Positions 32,765-42,366 are shown, counted from the stretch's first letter. The stretch: 64,000 nucleotides of DNA from Candidatus Omnitrophota bacterium (GCA_016179745.1 JACPCP010000011.1:41-64040), one strand, 5' to 3'. Numbers and translations: made by a program. The notes: generated from the letters alone by a model not told the origin.

Positions 32765-33877
32765 TTATTTGTTTCTCTTGTAAAACGGAAACCGAACGAC
32801 CCGGGCCCGGACCGGCCCGCCCCGAATGATGATCTCGAATTCATTCCCGAGGGTTGATTCTTCCAGCGGGACGTAACCCAAGCCGATATTCTTTTTCAGG
32901 GTCGGGGCAAAACCGCCGCTTGTGACGGGCCCCAGGGACCGGCCTCCCTTTTCGATCGTAAATCCGTGGCGGGGGATCCCCCGCTCCGCCATTTCAAACC
33001 CAATCAGCTTTCTCGACGGGCCGGCCGCTTTTTCCCGGAAATTCCGTTCCCGGCCGACAAAATTCTGCTTGTCGAAATCCACCGCCCACTCAAGCCCGGC
33101 TTCCACCGCCGAGGTCGTATCGTCCAGATCTTGCCCGTAAAGCGGCATTCCTGCCTCGAGCCTCAATGTGTCCCTGGCGCCGAAGCCGGCGGGCCTCAAC
33201 GAAAACGGCCGGCCCGCCTCAAAGAGCGCCTGCCAGAAAGGCCCGGCCTTTGGCCGGTCGCCCAGGATTTCAAAACCGTCTTCGCCGGTGTAACCGGTGC
33301 GGGAGACGAAAAGCTCTCCCCAATCGGTTTTGAGCGGAAGGAAATGATAATAGCGAAGCGAACCAAAATCGCAATGAAAAAGTGCCTCGACAATCTCCTG
33401 GGCACGGGGGCCCTGAAGGGCAAACAAGAATTTTTGATCGCTCACGTTTTCAAGCGTCACACCGGTCGGAAGGTAATAGCGGATCCACTCAAAATCCTTC
33501 TCGATATTGCCGGCGTTAACGATCAAAAGGAATTTCTCAAGGCCGATCTGGTAGACGATTAAGTCGTCCACAATCCCGCCCTTTTCGTTGAGGAGCGGGG
33601 CGTAAAGAGCCTTGCCGTCCACGAGGCGGTTCACCCGTCTCGGGAGGAGGAAATCCAGAAACCCCCGGGCCTCCCGCCCGGTGACGAAAAATTCGCCCAT
33701 ATGGGAAATGTCAAACACGCCGGCGGCCGTGCGGACAGCCTCGTGCTCCTCAAGGATCGACGAGTAGTAGAGGGGCACCTCCCATTCGCCGAAGGCGCCG
33801 AGGCGGGCGCCGGCCTTCACGTGAAGGTCGTGGATAAAAAACCGTTTAGCCGCCGCCTGCGACAAGGAATTCTCCAA
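32765..33877 (-). CDS. gcvT: aminomethyltransferase (glycine cleavage T protein)
   Basis: 370 aa. FDISHMGEF and SRTGYTGEDGFEI motifs. Confidence 0.95.
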   Translation of the reverse strand: MENSLSQAAAKRFFIHDLHVKAGARLGAFGEWEVPLYYSSILEEHEAVRTAAGVFDISHMGEFFVTGREARGFLDFLLPRRVNRLVDGKALYAPLLNEKGGIVDDLIVYQIGLEKFLLIVNAGNIEKDFEWIRYYLPTGVTLENVSDQKFLFALQGPRAQEIVEALFHCDFGSLRYYHFLPLKTDWGELFVSRTGYTGEDGFEILGDRPKAGPFWQALFEAGRPFSLRPAGFGARDTLRLEAGMPLYGQDLDDTTSAVEAGLEWAVDFDKQNFVGRERNFREKAAGPSRKLIGFEMAERGIPRHGFTIEKGGRSLGPVTSGGFAPTLKKNIGLGYVPLEESTLGNEFEIIIRGGPVRARVVRFPFYKRNK

Positions 33878-34769
33878 TGAGTTCGGTTAAAAGCGCCGTG
33901 AATTTCGGGTGACCGGCGACGGTCGGGGCACGCAGATACCGGATCCCCGACTTCCCGGCCGCCTCGTTTGCTTCAAGGTCCAGATCATATAAAACCTCGG
34001 CATTATCACAAAGAAATCCGATCGGCACAAGCAGCACTGTTTTGAAGCCTGTCCCCTTGATCACCGACAAAATATCCGGCTCGAGCCAGGGCTCCCGGGG
34101 ACTCCCGCTTCGGGACTGGTAGACAAGGCTCCAGTGGGAAACCTGAAGCGCCCGGGCTGCCAGGGAACAGGACTCTTTAATTTCCTCCACGTAGCGGGAT
34201 TTCCCGGCCATTGCCACGGGAATCGAATGGGCGGTAAAAAGGAGGTGCGTGGAGCTCTTTTCCTCAGCCGTCAACGGATCATAAATTTTCCCGACGAGCT
34301 CCGCCTGGGCCTGAATGAAAAGCGGGTGGGCGTGCCAGGAAGGTAAATATTTGTATTCGATTTCTTCCGCCCCGGCGGCCCGCCTGGCCTCCTCCACATT
34401 TTTGAGATACCGTTCGAAACTGACTTCCGAACGGTGCGGCGCCAGAATGACGCCCACCCCTTTTTTAAAGCCCCTCTTTTTAATCTCAGAGATTGTCTCT
34501 TTCAAAAAAGGGCGCCAGTTCCTCATCCCGACGAAAACCGGGACCCGGAACCGGTTCCGCTTGAGACTTTCTTCCAATTGCGAGACCAGCTTGAAGGTCA
34601 GCTCGTTGTAAGGAGAGCGGCCGCCGATTGCCTCGTAGTGGCGCTCGACCTCCTTGAGGCGGGCCTCCGGAATATTGAATCCCCGGCTCACTTCCTGGAT
34701 AAAGGGCCGCACCTCTTCCGGTTTCTCCGGCCCTCCGAATCCAATCACAAGCACGTGGTCAAAGTTCAT
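33846..34769 (-). CDS. hemH: ferrochelatase (proto- or coproporphyrin type)
   Basis: 307 aa. VLVIGFGGPE, SPYNELT and LFTAHSIP motifs. Confidence 0.92.
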   Translation of the reverse strand: MNFDHVLVIGFGGPEKPEEVRPFIQEVSRGFNIPEARLKEVERHYEAIGGRSPYNELTFKLVSQLEESLKRNRFRVPVFVGMRNWRPFLKETISEIKKRGFKKGVGVILAPHRSEVSFERYLKNVEEARRAAGAEEIEYKYLPSWHAHPLFIQAQAELVGKIYDPLTAEEKSSTHLLFTAHSIPVAMAGKSRYVEEIKESCSLAARALQVSHWSLVYQSRSGSPREPWLEPDILSVIKGTGFKTVLLVPIGFLCDNAEVLYDLDLEANEAAGKSGIRYLRAPTVAGHPKFTALLTELIGEFLVAGGG

Positions 34770-34829
34770 GAGTCAGGTACCATTTCCAACCCTAAAGGGC
34801 TGCTTCGCTGAAGTGCCGGGTTCGAGTTA

Positions 34830-36278
34830 TTAGACAATCTGTGTATCACTTTGAACCTGGCACTTTTGGAAGTGGTACCAGGCTCTTTCGGCGGCCTGCT
34901 CCGCCTCACGGATACAATCCGGAAGTCCGATCCCCCGGTAGGCGTTCCCCGCCAGGTAAAGCCCGGGAACGGCTTCGCACCGTTTGAAAATCCGGTCGAC
35001 CCGCTCCAGGTGCCCGACGCCGTATTGCGGCATTGAGCTCGGGTGGCGGCGGACTGAAACAAACTCCGGACGGTTCCCGGCACCGAGGATTTCCCGGATG
35101 TCCCGAAGCACGGCCTGTTCAAGGTTGGAATCCGAAAGCTGAAGAAACCCACGCCCGGCCGCTCCCCCGATAAAAAGCCGGAGAAGTATTTTTCCCTCAG
35201 TCGCCCGCCCCGCAAATTTGAAACTCGAAAAGGTGCAGCCGATCAGATTTCTCTTCTCCACGGCCGGCACCACAAACCCGAACCCCCGGGGAAGGTCGCT
35301 TAACTCATTTTGATCGAAGCCCAGGTTGACCGTCGCCACCGATTCGTAAGGAATCCCACTGAGCTCGGCCGCCAGAACGGAATCAACCCCGCCAAGGAGC
35401 CGGGCCGCCTCGGGCGCCGGCGCAGCGATTAAAAGAGATTCGGCTTCGAGCCTTTCTCCCTCCTTAGAAAAAATTTCCCATTTTTCTCCCCGTTCAATCC
35501 GGGCCGCCGAGAAACCTGTCCGGAATCGGACGCCCGTCATTCGCCGACGAAGCCCGTCCACGAGCGAACCGATCCCGTCACGAAGCGTCAGGAAAAGAGA
35601 ATAGCGGGGGCCCGAGGCCTCCCGGTCCGCCTTTTCACGCCCCTCCTGTTTCCGGAGAAGGCCCCGAATCACACTCCCCGAGTCTCTTTCAAGATCGAGG
35701 AACCGGGGGAAGGTCGCCCGGAGGCTGAGCTTCTCGGGGTCCGCAGAATAAATTCCGGCAATCATCGGCTGGGCGATCCGGTCCAGCACTTCCCGCCCGA
35801 GACGGCGGCGGACAAAACTCGCCACGCTTTCGTCTTCTTCAGCCGTTCCCTTTTTCGGCGGAATGACGAGTTCCAGAAGCGCCCGGAATTTTCCCGGCAC
35901 GCTGAGGAGACGGGTCCCGGCCAGCGCCTCAAGCCGGGTGGGGGCAATCAGATAAAATCCGGCCGGCACGGGGACGAGCCGGCCTTTCAGGTAAATAAAA
36001 CTCCGGCGGAATTCCTCCCGGGTCCCGAGGAGCCGGGCTTCGAGTCCGATCCGTTTGCAAAGTTCCACGGCCGCCGGTTTCTCGGAGAGAAAAGAGTCGG
36101 GCCCGCCTTCGAGGAGAAATCCGTCCTGCCGGCGGGTTTCAATCACGCCGCCGAGACGCTCCCCGGCCTCCAGAAGCGTGATTTGAAGAGCGTCCGGTTT
36201 CTGGCGGGAAAGTTCCCAGAGCCGGTGGGCCGCCGCCAGCCCCGAAATCCCTCCTCCGATCACAACCACCCGCTTCAC
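34830..36278 (-). CDS. hemY: protoporphyrinogen/coproporphyrinogen III oxidase (HemY-type, FAD)
   Basis: 482 aa. VVVIGGGISGLAAA dinucleotide-binding fold and a C-terminal LYLAGNAYRGIGLPDCI. Confidence 0.9.
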   Translation of the reverse strand: MKRVVVIGGGISGLAAAHRLWELSRQKPDALQITLLEAGERLGGVIETRRQDGFLLEGGPDSFLSEKPAAVELCKRIGLEARLLGTREEFRRSFIYLKGRLVPVPAGFYLIAPTRLEALAGTRLLSVPGKFRALLELVIPPKKGTAEEDESVASFVRRRLGREVLDRIAQPMIAGIYSADPEKLSLRATFPRFLDLERDSGSVIRGLLRKQEGREKADREASGPRYSLFLTLRDGIGSLVDGLRRRMTGVRFRTGFSAARIERGEKWEIFSKEGERLEAESLLIAAPAPEAARLLGGVDSVLAAELSGIPYESVATVNLGFDQNELSDLPRGFGFVVPAVEKRNLIGCTFSSFKFAGRATEGKILLRLFIGGAAGRGFLQLSDSNLEQAVLRDIREILGAGNRPEFVSVRRHPSSMPQYGVGHLERVDRIFKRCEAVPGLYLAGNAYRGIGLPDCIREAEQAAERAWYHFQKCQVQSDTQIV

Positions 36279-36290
36279 GCTCGAACTTCC

Positions 36291-37355
36291 TTAATCTTCC
36301 CAGTCTTCGGGGACCACCGAATTCTTGAGGCGGGCGTGGCCGGTGTCGAGGAGGAGCTGGTTCAGAAAAATTCCCGTTTCTTTCGAATCGTGCGTCAGGA
36401 AGATATCGGAGAGGTAGCGGTCGTATTTGTCGGGCTTCGTCGTGCCGATCAGGATTCGGGGAAACGGTTTCAGCTCGCCTTCGACAAACTTCCGGGCCGC
36501 CTCCCCTTTCTTTGTTCCAAGCTCCGGGGCGTCAATCCCCCTCAGCCTCAGCTTCTGCCGCACCCGGACCCCGAACCCGAGCTCAATCCAGACCCAGAGC
36601 GTGTCGGCGTCAATCAGTTTGTCCACCACCGCCCAATAGGTATAAAGGTCGTCCGGTCTTGCTTCAGAAAGTTTCATAATCTCAGAAAACGATTTCGCTT
36701 CCACAATCTCCCCGGCCTTGAATCCTCCGGCGAGATTTTCCGGGATCTCGTGCACCGTGGAGAAACCAAGATCCAAATGAAGCGAGCCGCCGACTTCGAG
36801 GATTCGATAAGTCTGAAGCTTCCCCCGCCGGGGAACCAGTTTCACCGGCTTCGACTTTCGGTTCCGAACGCTGCCTTTTTTCGCCTCCTTCGGAAATCTC
36901 TTTTTGAGCTCACGGACCTTTGCCGCCAGAGTGCGCCGGCTCCACCCGGATTTTAGAGCCTTCACTTCAATCGCTCTCTCCAACTCCTTGTCCCCCAAGG
37001 AGATCAAGCTTCGGTAGTGGCTCAAAGGTAATTTTCTTGCCGGCAAGAAAATTGGGTTCGCTCTCGCATACTCAAGAGCACCGTAGAGAAAGGAGGGGCT
37101 GCGGTCCAAGTCTTTCGAGAGCCTTTTGACCGTCTCTTCTCCGTAGGCTGCCCGTTGGGATTCTTCTTTTTGCGTCCGGCGAAGGTATTGGTCAATCCAC
37201 CGTCCCGCCCGCCAGTAGCTTTTCGCCAGCTCCGTCTTCGCCGCCCCCACGGCCCGCTCCCGCCCTTCGGCCAGCGTCCGGCGCACCCGCTCTCTCAACC
37301 GGACGTAAGAATCAAGCGGTGTCTCCTTTTTGACGGCCAGTACGGTTTTTTCCAT
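36291..37355 (-). CDS. DUF1016 (YhcG) N-terminal domain fused to a staphylococcal-nuclease-like (SNase) domain
   Basis: Start ATG 37355-37353 (MEKTVLAVKK...), just after the hemE stop. The N-terminal ~170 aa follows the YhcG N-domain pattern (ELAKSYWRAGRWIDQYL, AAYGEETVKRLSKDL, LSHYRSLISL, GWSRRTLAAKV). The C-terminus has SNase motifs (VVDKLIDADTLWV, LRLRGIDAPE, DKYDRYLSDIF). Confidence 0.75.
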   Translation of the reverse strand: MEKTVLAVKKETPLDSYVRLRERVRRTLAEGRERAVGAAKTELAKSYWRAGRWIDQYLRRTQKEESQRAAYGEETVKRLSKDLDRSPSFLYGALEYARANPIFLPARKLPLSHYRSLISLGDKELERAIEVKALKSGWSRRTLAAKVRELKKRFPKEAKKGSVRNRKSKPVKLVPRRGKLQTYRILEVGGSLHLDLGFSTVHEIPENLAGGFKAGEIVEAKSFSEIMKLSEARPDDLYTYWAVVDKLIDADTLWVWIELGFGVRVRQKLRLRGIDAPELGTKKGEAARKFVEGELKPFPRILIGTTKPDKYDRYLSDIFLTHDSKETGIFLNQLLLDTGHARLKNSVVPEDWED

Positions 37356-37357
37356 TT

Positions 37358-39337
37358 TTACCGGACGGCGTCCGGTCTGCAATCGGACGCCGTCCGGTTC
37401 TGCTGACTGAGCTCGTGGACGGAGTCGACGAGACGAATCACGTGGTCAACCGGTGTCGTTGGAAGCACGCCGTGGCCGAGATTAAAAATGTGGCCGGGCC
37501 GGCCGCCGGCTTGTTTTAGAATTTCCTCGACCCGCTCCCGGATTGTCTCGACCGGGCCGAGGAGGACGGCCGGGTCCAGATTTCCCTGAATCCCCCGGTC
37601 TTCCCCCATCGTTCTCCAGGCCTGATCCAGCTCGACCCGCCAGTCGATTCCAATGACGTCGCCGCCAGCCTCCCGGAATTCCTTCAGGAAGGACGCCGTC
37701 CCGGTCCCGAAGTGGATCACGGGCGTCCCCTTTTTGATCCCGGAAATGACGGAACGGGTGTGCGGAAGGACGAACCGGCGGTAATTCTCGGGACTGAGGC
37801 AGCCGACCCAGCTGTCGAAAATCTGCAGGGCGTCGGCACCGGCCTCGATTTGGCCGTTCAGGTATTTGACGAGCGCCCGGGAAATTTTTTCCATCAGTGA
37901 GCGCCAGGCGCCGGGATCGGAAAACATCAGCGCCTTCGTCTTGAGAAAGGCCTTCGAGGCGCCGCCTTCAATCAAATAAGAGGCCAGCGTGAAGGGCGCC
38001 CCTGAAAAACCGATCAAGGGAATTTTGGAATCAAGAGAAGAACGGGTCGTTTTCACGACGTCAAAAACAAAACCAAGCGACTCTCGGGGCTCGATTTCGG
38101 GAAGCCGGTCGATTTCCTTTGCGCTTGTGACCGCCCCGGTAATCACCGGCCCTTCGTCCCGGAGATACTCAAGCTTCACCCCGAGCGGCTCCACAATCAG
38201 GAGGAGGTCGGAAAAAATAATGGCGGCGTCAACCCCGAGTTTCTCGCACGCCGTAACGGCCACCTCGGCCGCCAATTCCTTGTTTCGGCAGAGCTCAGCA
38301 AAGGGAACTCGATTTCGAATGCGCTGATACTCCTTCATATAACGGCCCGCCTGGCGCATCAGCCAGACGGGGGTAAAAGGCGTCTTCTCCCGCCGGCAGG
38401 CTTTCAGGAACAGAGAGTCGTGACGAATCTTCTTCTCTTCGGGGGTCTCCTCCCGGAACCGAAGCACTCTTGTGGGTTTGGCCGCCGATTTTTTTTCCTC
38501 GATCAAGGCCTCGGATCGCTCGGCCAGCTCGCTCACGAGCTGGCCCATTTTTGGGTGGGACGGTTCGAAATCGACAGAGAATCCGGCTTCCACGAGCGCT
38601 TCGCTACACGTGGGTCCGACGGACGCCACAACCACGTTCCTCATCGCCGCCCGGAAAGGGCCTTCGAGGCCCCGCTCCGAGGCAAAGCGAACCACGTGGC
38701 GGATCTGGGCCGCATTGGTAAACACGGCAATTTCAATTTTCCCGTCTATGATTTCCTGAATCGCCCGCCCGAGGGGGCCGGTGTCGTCGGGAAGCGCCCA
38801 GCGGTAAACCGGGACTTGAATGACACAGGCTCCCCGAATTTTGAGGCCCTTCACCAGTTCCTCATTGGGAATCCCGTATTCCTGAATGGCGACGGTTTTG
38901 CCGTGAAGCGGAATCGATTTCTCGCTCAAATCCAAAGCCTCCAGGATTTCAAACCAGGTGTTCGGCTCGGGCACGGTCAAGGTCACGGGGATTTTGTTTT
39001 CAGAAAGGGCCTTCACGGGCTTGGGGCCCCGGGCCACGGTCGTCAGTTGGGAAAGGCGGCGGAGGATTTCCTCCTTCGGGGTCTGGGTGGCAAGACAATC
39101 CAGGAGGTGGCGGGTGCCGACCCCCGTCATAAAGATCACCACATCAATTTCACCGGCCAGGAGTTTCCGGCCGAAGGCCAGGGCCTCCGGGTTTTTCTCA
39201 AGCGGAATTTCCTGCAAGGAGGGGGCCAAAATCGCCCGCCCCCCCTTCCTTTCAATGCCCTGACTCATAATCTCGGCCAGGCGGCTCTCAAACGAGACGA
39301 CGCCCACCCCCTTAAAACCGGCTGTTTCTGTCTTCAT
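37358..39337 (-). CDS. hemE: bifunctional uroporphyrinogen-III synthase (HemD-like N-terminus) / uroporphyrinogen decarboxylase (HemE C-terminus)
   Basis: 659 aa. Residues ~1-270 look HemD-like (two Rossmann-like halves, [30 protein letters not shown]). Residues ~300-650 are HemE ([32 protein letters not shown]). Confidence 0.85.
   Translation of the reverse strand: MKTETAGFKGVGVVSFESRLAEIMSQGIERKGGRAILAPSLQEIPLEKNPEALAFGRKLLAGEIDVVIFMTGVGTRHLLDCLATQTPKEEILRRLSQLTTVARGPKPVKALSENKIPVTLTVPEPNTWFEILEALDLSEKSIPLHGKTVAIQEYGIPNEELVKGLKIRGACVIQVPVYRWALPDDTGPLGRAIQEIIDGKIEIAVFTNAAQIRHVVRFASERGLEGPFRAAMRNVVVASVGPTCSEALVEAGFSVDFEPSHPKMGQLVSELAERSEALIEEKKSAAKPTRVLRFREETPEEKKIRHDSLFLKACRREKTPFTPVWLMRQAGRYMKEYQRIRNRVPFAELCRNKELAAEVAVTACEKLGVDAAIIFSDLLLIVEPLGVKLEYLRDEGPVITGAVTSAKEIDRLPEIEPRESLGFVFDVVKTTRSSLDSKIPLIGFSGAPFTLASYLIEGGASKAFLKTKALMFSDPGAWRSLMEKISRALVKYLNGQIEAGADALQIFDSWVGCLSPENYRRFVLPHTRSVISGIKKGTPVIHFGTGTASFLKEFREAGGDVIGIDWRVELDQAWRTMGEDRGIQGNLDPAVLLGPVETIRERVEEILKQAGGRPGHIFNLGHGVLPTTPVDHVIRLVDSVHELSQQNRTASDCRPDAVR
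37361..37397. repeat. nested GC-rich inverted repeat at the hemE / nuclease-gene junction
   Basis: CCGGACGGCGTCCG (37361-37374), a 9-nt spacer, then CGGACGCCGTCCGG (37384-37397), which is the exact reverse complement. Each arm is also internally self-complementary (CCGGAC/GTCCGG). It encodes the last ~12 codons of the hemD-hemE ORF. Confidence 0.85.
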
Positions 39338-39394
39338 CGGGAGCCCGATTATAAGGGCCGGAAGGGATTAGGAGAAGGGCGATTTGGGGCGGGT

Positions 39395-40642
39395 TTAGAA
39401 GTAGGCGGTGAGCCAGTCCTTAAACTGAACGAAGGAGCGTTCGAGCACGTTCTCCCGGGCCGGGGCCGTCCACCGGATGAATTTGTCTTTTTCGGCGAGC
39501 CAGCGGACGAGCCCCACGAGGCCGCACCAGGCCGGGTCCATCAAAAGCTCGGCCGAGGCCTCGACGTGGCGGGGCGTCCCCAAACGAAGGGGGGCGGGGA
39601 GGCGGCGTGAGAGAAACTCGACCAGGCCGTCCAACTTCACCCCTCCTCCCGTCAGCACGAAAGGAACGTAAGACAGCTTCTCCCGGGTCAAAAGTCCGGT
39701 GATTTCCTTTTCAATCTTGGCAAAGAGTTCGCCGCCAAAACCCCGAAAGGCCTCGTGAAATTCGGAGCGCTTGATTTGATGGTTCTTCTGCCCTTCCCGC
39801 TCGACCAGGGGAATCAACTCTTCGCCGAACTCCAACTTTTCCTCCAGCGAACCGAACCGTTCCTTGAGCCGCTCGGCGTCCCGCAGCCGAAGACTCCAGG
39901 TCTCGGCAATCCTGGAAGTCAGGAACCGGCTTCCCCAATTGAGGCTCTTCGTCTGGACCGCCCTGCCCTGCCGGGTCAGGACGAGGTGCGTCGCCTCGTC
40001 CGAAAAATCAATGACCAGGGCCTCTTCGTCTCTTTCCGTTGGGTTGAGGACCCCGTCCGGCAACGTCAGGGTCTTGGGATAATAACCCTGGAGATTGAAT
40101 TCGAGGTTTTCGAAAATGCGGGAAAGGTTGCGGAAAGCGGCGTAGGGGGTCGTGTAAATCTGCACGGTCACCGCCAGGCGCTGGGCCTCGAGACCCAAAG
40201 GGTCCTGGACCCCGGCAAGGTCATTCACCCAAAAGGACTCCGGCACCACCTGCAGGACCCACTCGGTCAGGGGAAACGGGGCGGTCGAACGGGCCTGGTC
40301 GATGATCCTCCGGACCTCGTGGGACGTCACCACCCGGGGATAGCCTGAAAAGTAAAGGGAGCTGGAGAACCGGTTCATTTTCAGGGAGGGGCCCGAGAGA
40401 AGAACAAAGGCCGGAATTTCAAAGGCCTCTTCCCCGAGATCCAGGGACTTGACGAGCTCCGCCACGGAACCCTGGGCCTTTTCCATTTCGGCCACCTCCC
40501 CCTTCTGGAACCCTTCCGGGTTCGAAAGCTCCCGGAAGCGAAGCACCCGGACCGTCCCAGCGGCAGCCTCGGCTACGATTCCGGCGAGGCGGCGGGTGCC
40601 CACGTAAAGAATCAGAATCAAATTTTCTTTTTGTCCGGTCAC
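39395..40642 (-). CDS. ftsA: cell division protein FtsA (divergent)
   Basis: 415 aa. Actin-fold order with an SHS2 insert, an FVLTGGGVKLDGL adenosine motif, and a C-terminal amphipathic helix (FVQFKDWLTAYF). Lies downstream of ftsQ. Confidence 0.8.
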   Translation of the reverse strand: MTGQKENLILILYVGTRRLAGIVAEAAAGTVRVLRFRELSNPEGFQKGEVAEMEKAQGSVAELVKSLDLGEEAFEIPAFVLLSGPSLKMNRFSSSLYFSGYPRVVTSHEVRRIIDQARSTAPFPLTEWVLQVVPESFWVNDLAGVQDPLGLEAQRLAVTVQIYTTPYAAFRNLSRIFENLEFNLQGYYPKTLTLPDGVLNPTERDEEALVIDFSDEATHLVLTRQGRAVQTKSLNWGSRFLTSRIAETWSLRLRDAERLKERFGSLEEKLEFGEELIPLVEREGQKNHQIKRSEFHEAFRGFGGELFAKIEKEITGLLTREKLSYVPFVLTGGGVKLDGLVEFLSRRLPAPLRLGTPRHVEASAELLMDPAWCGLVGLVRWLAEKDKFIRWTAPARENVLERSFVQFKDWLTAYF

Positions 40643-40646
40643 GGTC

Positions 40647-41456
40647 TCACTTCTTCCTCACCACCAGATCGTGATATTGGAGGTCCACATAAACCAGGCG
40701 GGCCCGCTCCGGCCCCTTGAGAAGCGGGACTACGGAATCGAGGGCGCCGAATTTCTGAAGAGGAGAGCGCCCGAAACGAAGCTCCGGGCCGTCTTCGAGC
40801 GCCAGCGAAACATTTCCCAAATGGTCCAGCCGAATTTGACGGATCTTCTCGGATTCATTCAACGGGTGCTGCCAAAAAGCCCTCGCCAGACGAATCCCCT
40901 CTTTGAAGCCCGCCAAGTTCGCCTCCTTTCCCACCCCCGGCCTCCGTTCGGTCTCATAAGCTTCCACAAGCAGCAGGTTCCCGTTTCGTGCCGGCGACGT
41001 TTCCAGCACGAACCCGTCTTCGGCGGCGGAATAATACGGCCCCTTCAGTTCAAACCGGATCTGGACGAAGGGGGTCCGCTCGGAAATTTCAATGCGGACG
41101 GTGTTGGGAAATTCCCGGAGGACCCGGGCCTGGCGGATCCTCGGGTCCTGCTCAATCTCCCGGGCCACCTTGCGAATCGGCACCTTGAAGAGATTCTGCT
41201 TGAGAAAACGCTTTTCGATCGACTCGAGGTCCTTCGAGGAGAGGGCCCCCTCCGGAGAAACCACCACGGATTGAACCAGGAATCCCGGGTCGGCATAAAG
41301 GTTTTGGCGGATGCCCCAGAAAATACCAAAGCCGATCACGCCCACCAAAAGGAAGGGACTGGCTTTGACAACCCCTTCGGAAACGAGGCCAAAAATTCCC
41401 CGGACCGCCTTCCAGGTCAGGGTGGACGAAAACTTTTTTCGTTTACGCTTTCCCAT
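40647..41456 (-). CDS. ftsQ: cell division protein FtsQ (POTRA domain)
   Basis: Start ATG 41456-41454 (MGKRKRKKF...). One TM segment, then a POTRA-like region (VQSVVVSPEGALSSKDLESIEK...NLFKVPIRKVAREIEQDPRIRQARVLREFPNTVRIEISER). Confidence 0.8.
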   Translation of the reverse strand: MGKRKRKKFSSTLTWKAVRGIFGLVSEGVVKASPFLLVGVIGFGIFWGIRQNLYADPGFLVQSVVVSPEGALSSKDLESIEKRFLKQNLFKVPIRKVAREIEQDPRIRQARVLREFPNTVRIEISERTPFVQIRFELKGPYYSAAEDGFVLETSPARNGNLLLVEAYETERRPGVGKEANLAGFKEGIRLARAFWQHPLNESEKIRQIRLDHLGNVSLALEDGPELRFGRSPLQKFGALDSVVPLLKGPERARLVYVDLQYHDLVVRKK

Positions 41457-42366
41457 TTCGTTTCTCCCGCAACCAGGCCATCTCGACCAGACGGCGGCAA
41501 AGCCCCTCAAAAGAAATCCCGGCCTCCCCGGCCGCCTTGGGCAACAGGCTCAGTTCCGTAAAACCCGGAATGGTATTCGCCTCCAAAACGTAGGGCCGGC
41601 CCTTCGAATCGGTCACGAGGTCCACCCGGCTCAAATCCCGAAGCCCGAGGGCCCGGTGGACCCGCCCCGCCAACTGTTGAAACCGCCTCCGCCACGCCTC
41701 CGGAATCGGGGCCGGCACTAAATAATCCGTCATTCCCCGGGTGTATTTCGACCGGTAATCGTAGAAGCTCCGCTTCGGCCGAAGCTCGATCACCGGGAGG
41801 GTCTTCCGGCCCAGGATTCCCACCGTAAATTCCCTGCCTTTGATTTGTCTCTCCACGAGAAGCTCCCCGTAGCAACTCAAGGCGTGTATTATTTTTACGG
41901 CCGACCGCTTGAAATCTTCAACCAAAAAGACCCCAATGCTCGAACCGTCGGCCACCGGTTTGACAAAAAAGGGGGCCGGAAACCCTGCCAGCCGCTTCCA
42001 GTTTTTCCGGTTGACCACCGTCCATTCCGGCGTCGGGATTTTCAGCCGGTCAAAAATTTTTTTTGCCTCAACTTTATGGAAGGCAAGACGGCTCCCCCGT
42101 TCCCCGGAGCCGGTGTAGGGAATCTCGAGGGCCGAGAGGCGTTTTTGAATCGAGCCGTCTTCGCCGCCGTGTCCGTGGAGGGCAATAAAGGCGAGGTCGA
42201 TTTGACGTAAAAGCGTCCGGGTTTGCCGGGGATTTTTCGGGTCGATCCGGCGGACCCTGAAGCCCGCCCGCTTCAGGCCTTGGGCGACGGCCCGGCCCGA
42301 ACGGAGCGAAACGGCCCTCTCGGAGGACCGGCCCCCGCAAAGGACACCCACTTTCAGAGAATCCAT
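41443..42366 (-). CDS. ddl: D-alanine--D-alanine ligase
   Basis: Start ATG 42366-42364 (MDSLKVGVLCGGRSSEREVS-like). ATP-grasp motifs, ending in the region LEANTIPGFTELS. Confidence 0.93.
   Translation of the reverse strand: MDSLKVGVLCGGRSSERAVSLRSGRAVAQGLKRAGFRVRRIDPKNPRQTRTLLRQIDLAFIALHGHGGEDGSIQKRLSALEIPYTGSGERGSRLAFHKVEAKKIFDRLKIPTPEWTVVNRKNWKRLAGFPAPFFVKPVADGSSIGVFLVEDFKRSAVKIIHALSCYGELLVERQIKGREFTVGILGRKTLPVIELRPKRSFYDYRSKYTRGMTDYLVPAPIPEAWRRRFQQLAGRVHRALGLRDLSRVDLVTDSKGRPYVLEANTIPGFTELSLLPKAAGEAGISFEGLCRRLVEMAWLREKRNGKA

Noticed and set aside
39338-39394. A TATAAT hexamer 14 nt upstream of the hemD-hemE start, as a promoter.
   Set aside because: There is no recognisable -35 element, and it would imply a nearly leaderless transcript. 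A single hexamer in a 57-nt gap is insufficient evidence.
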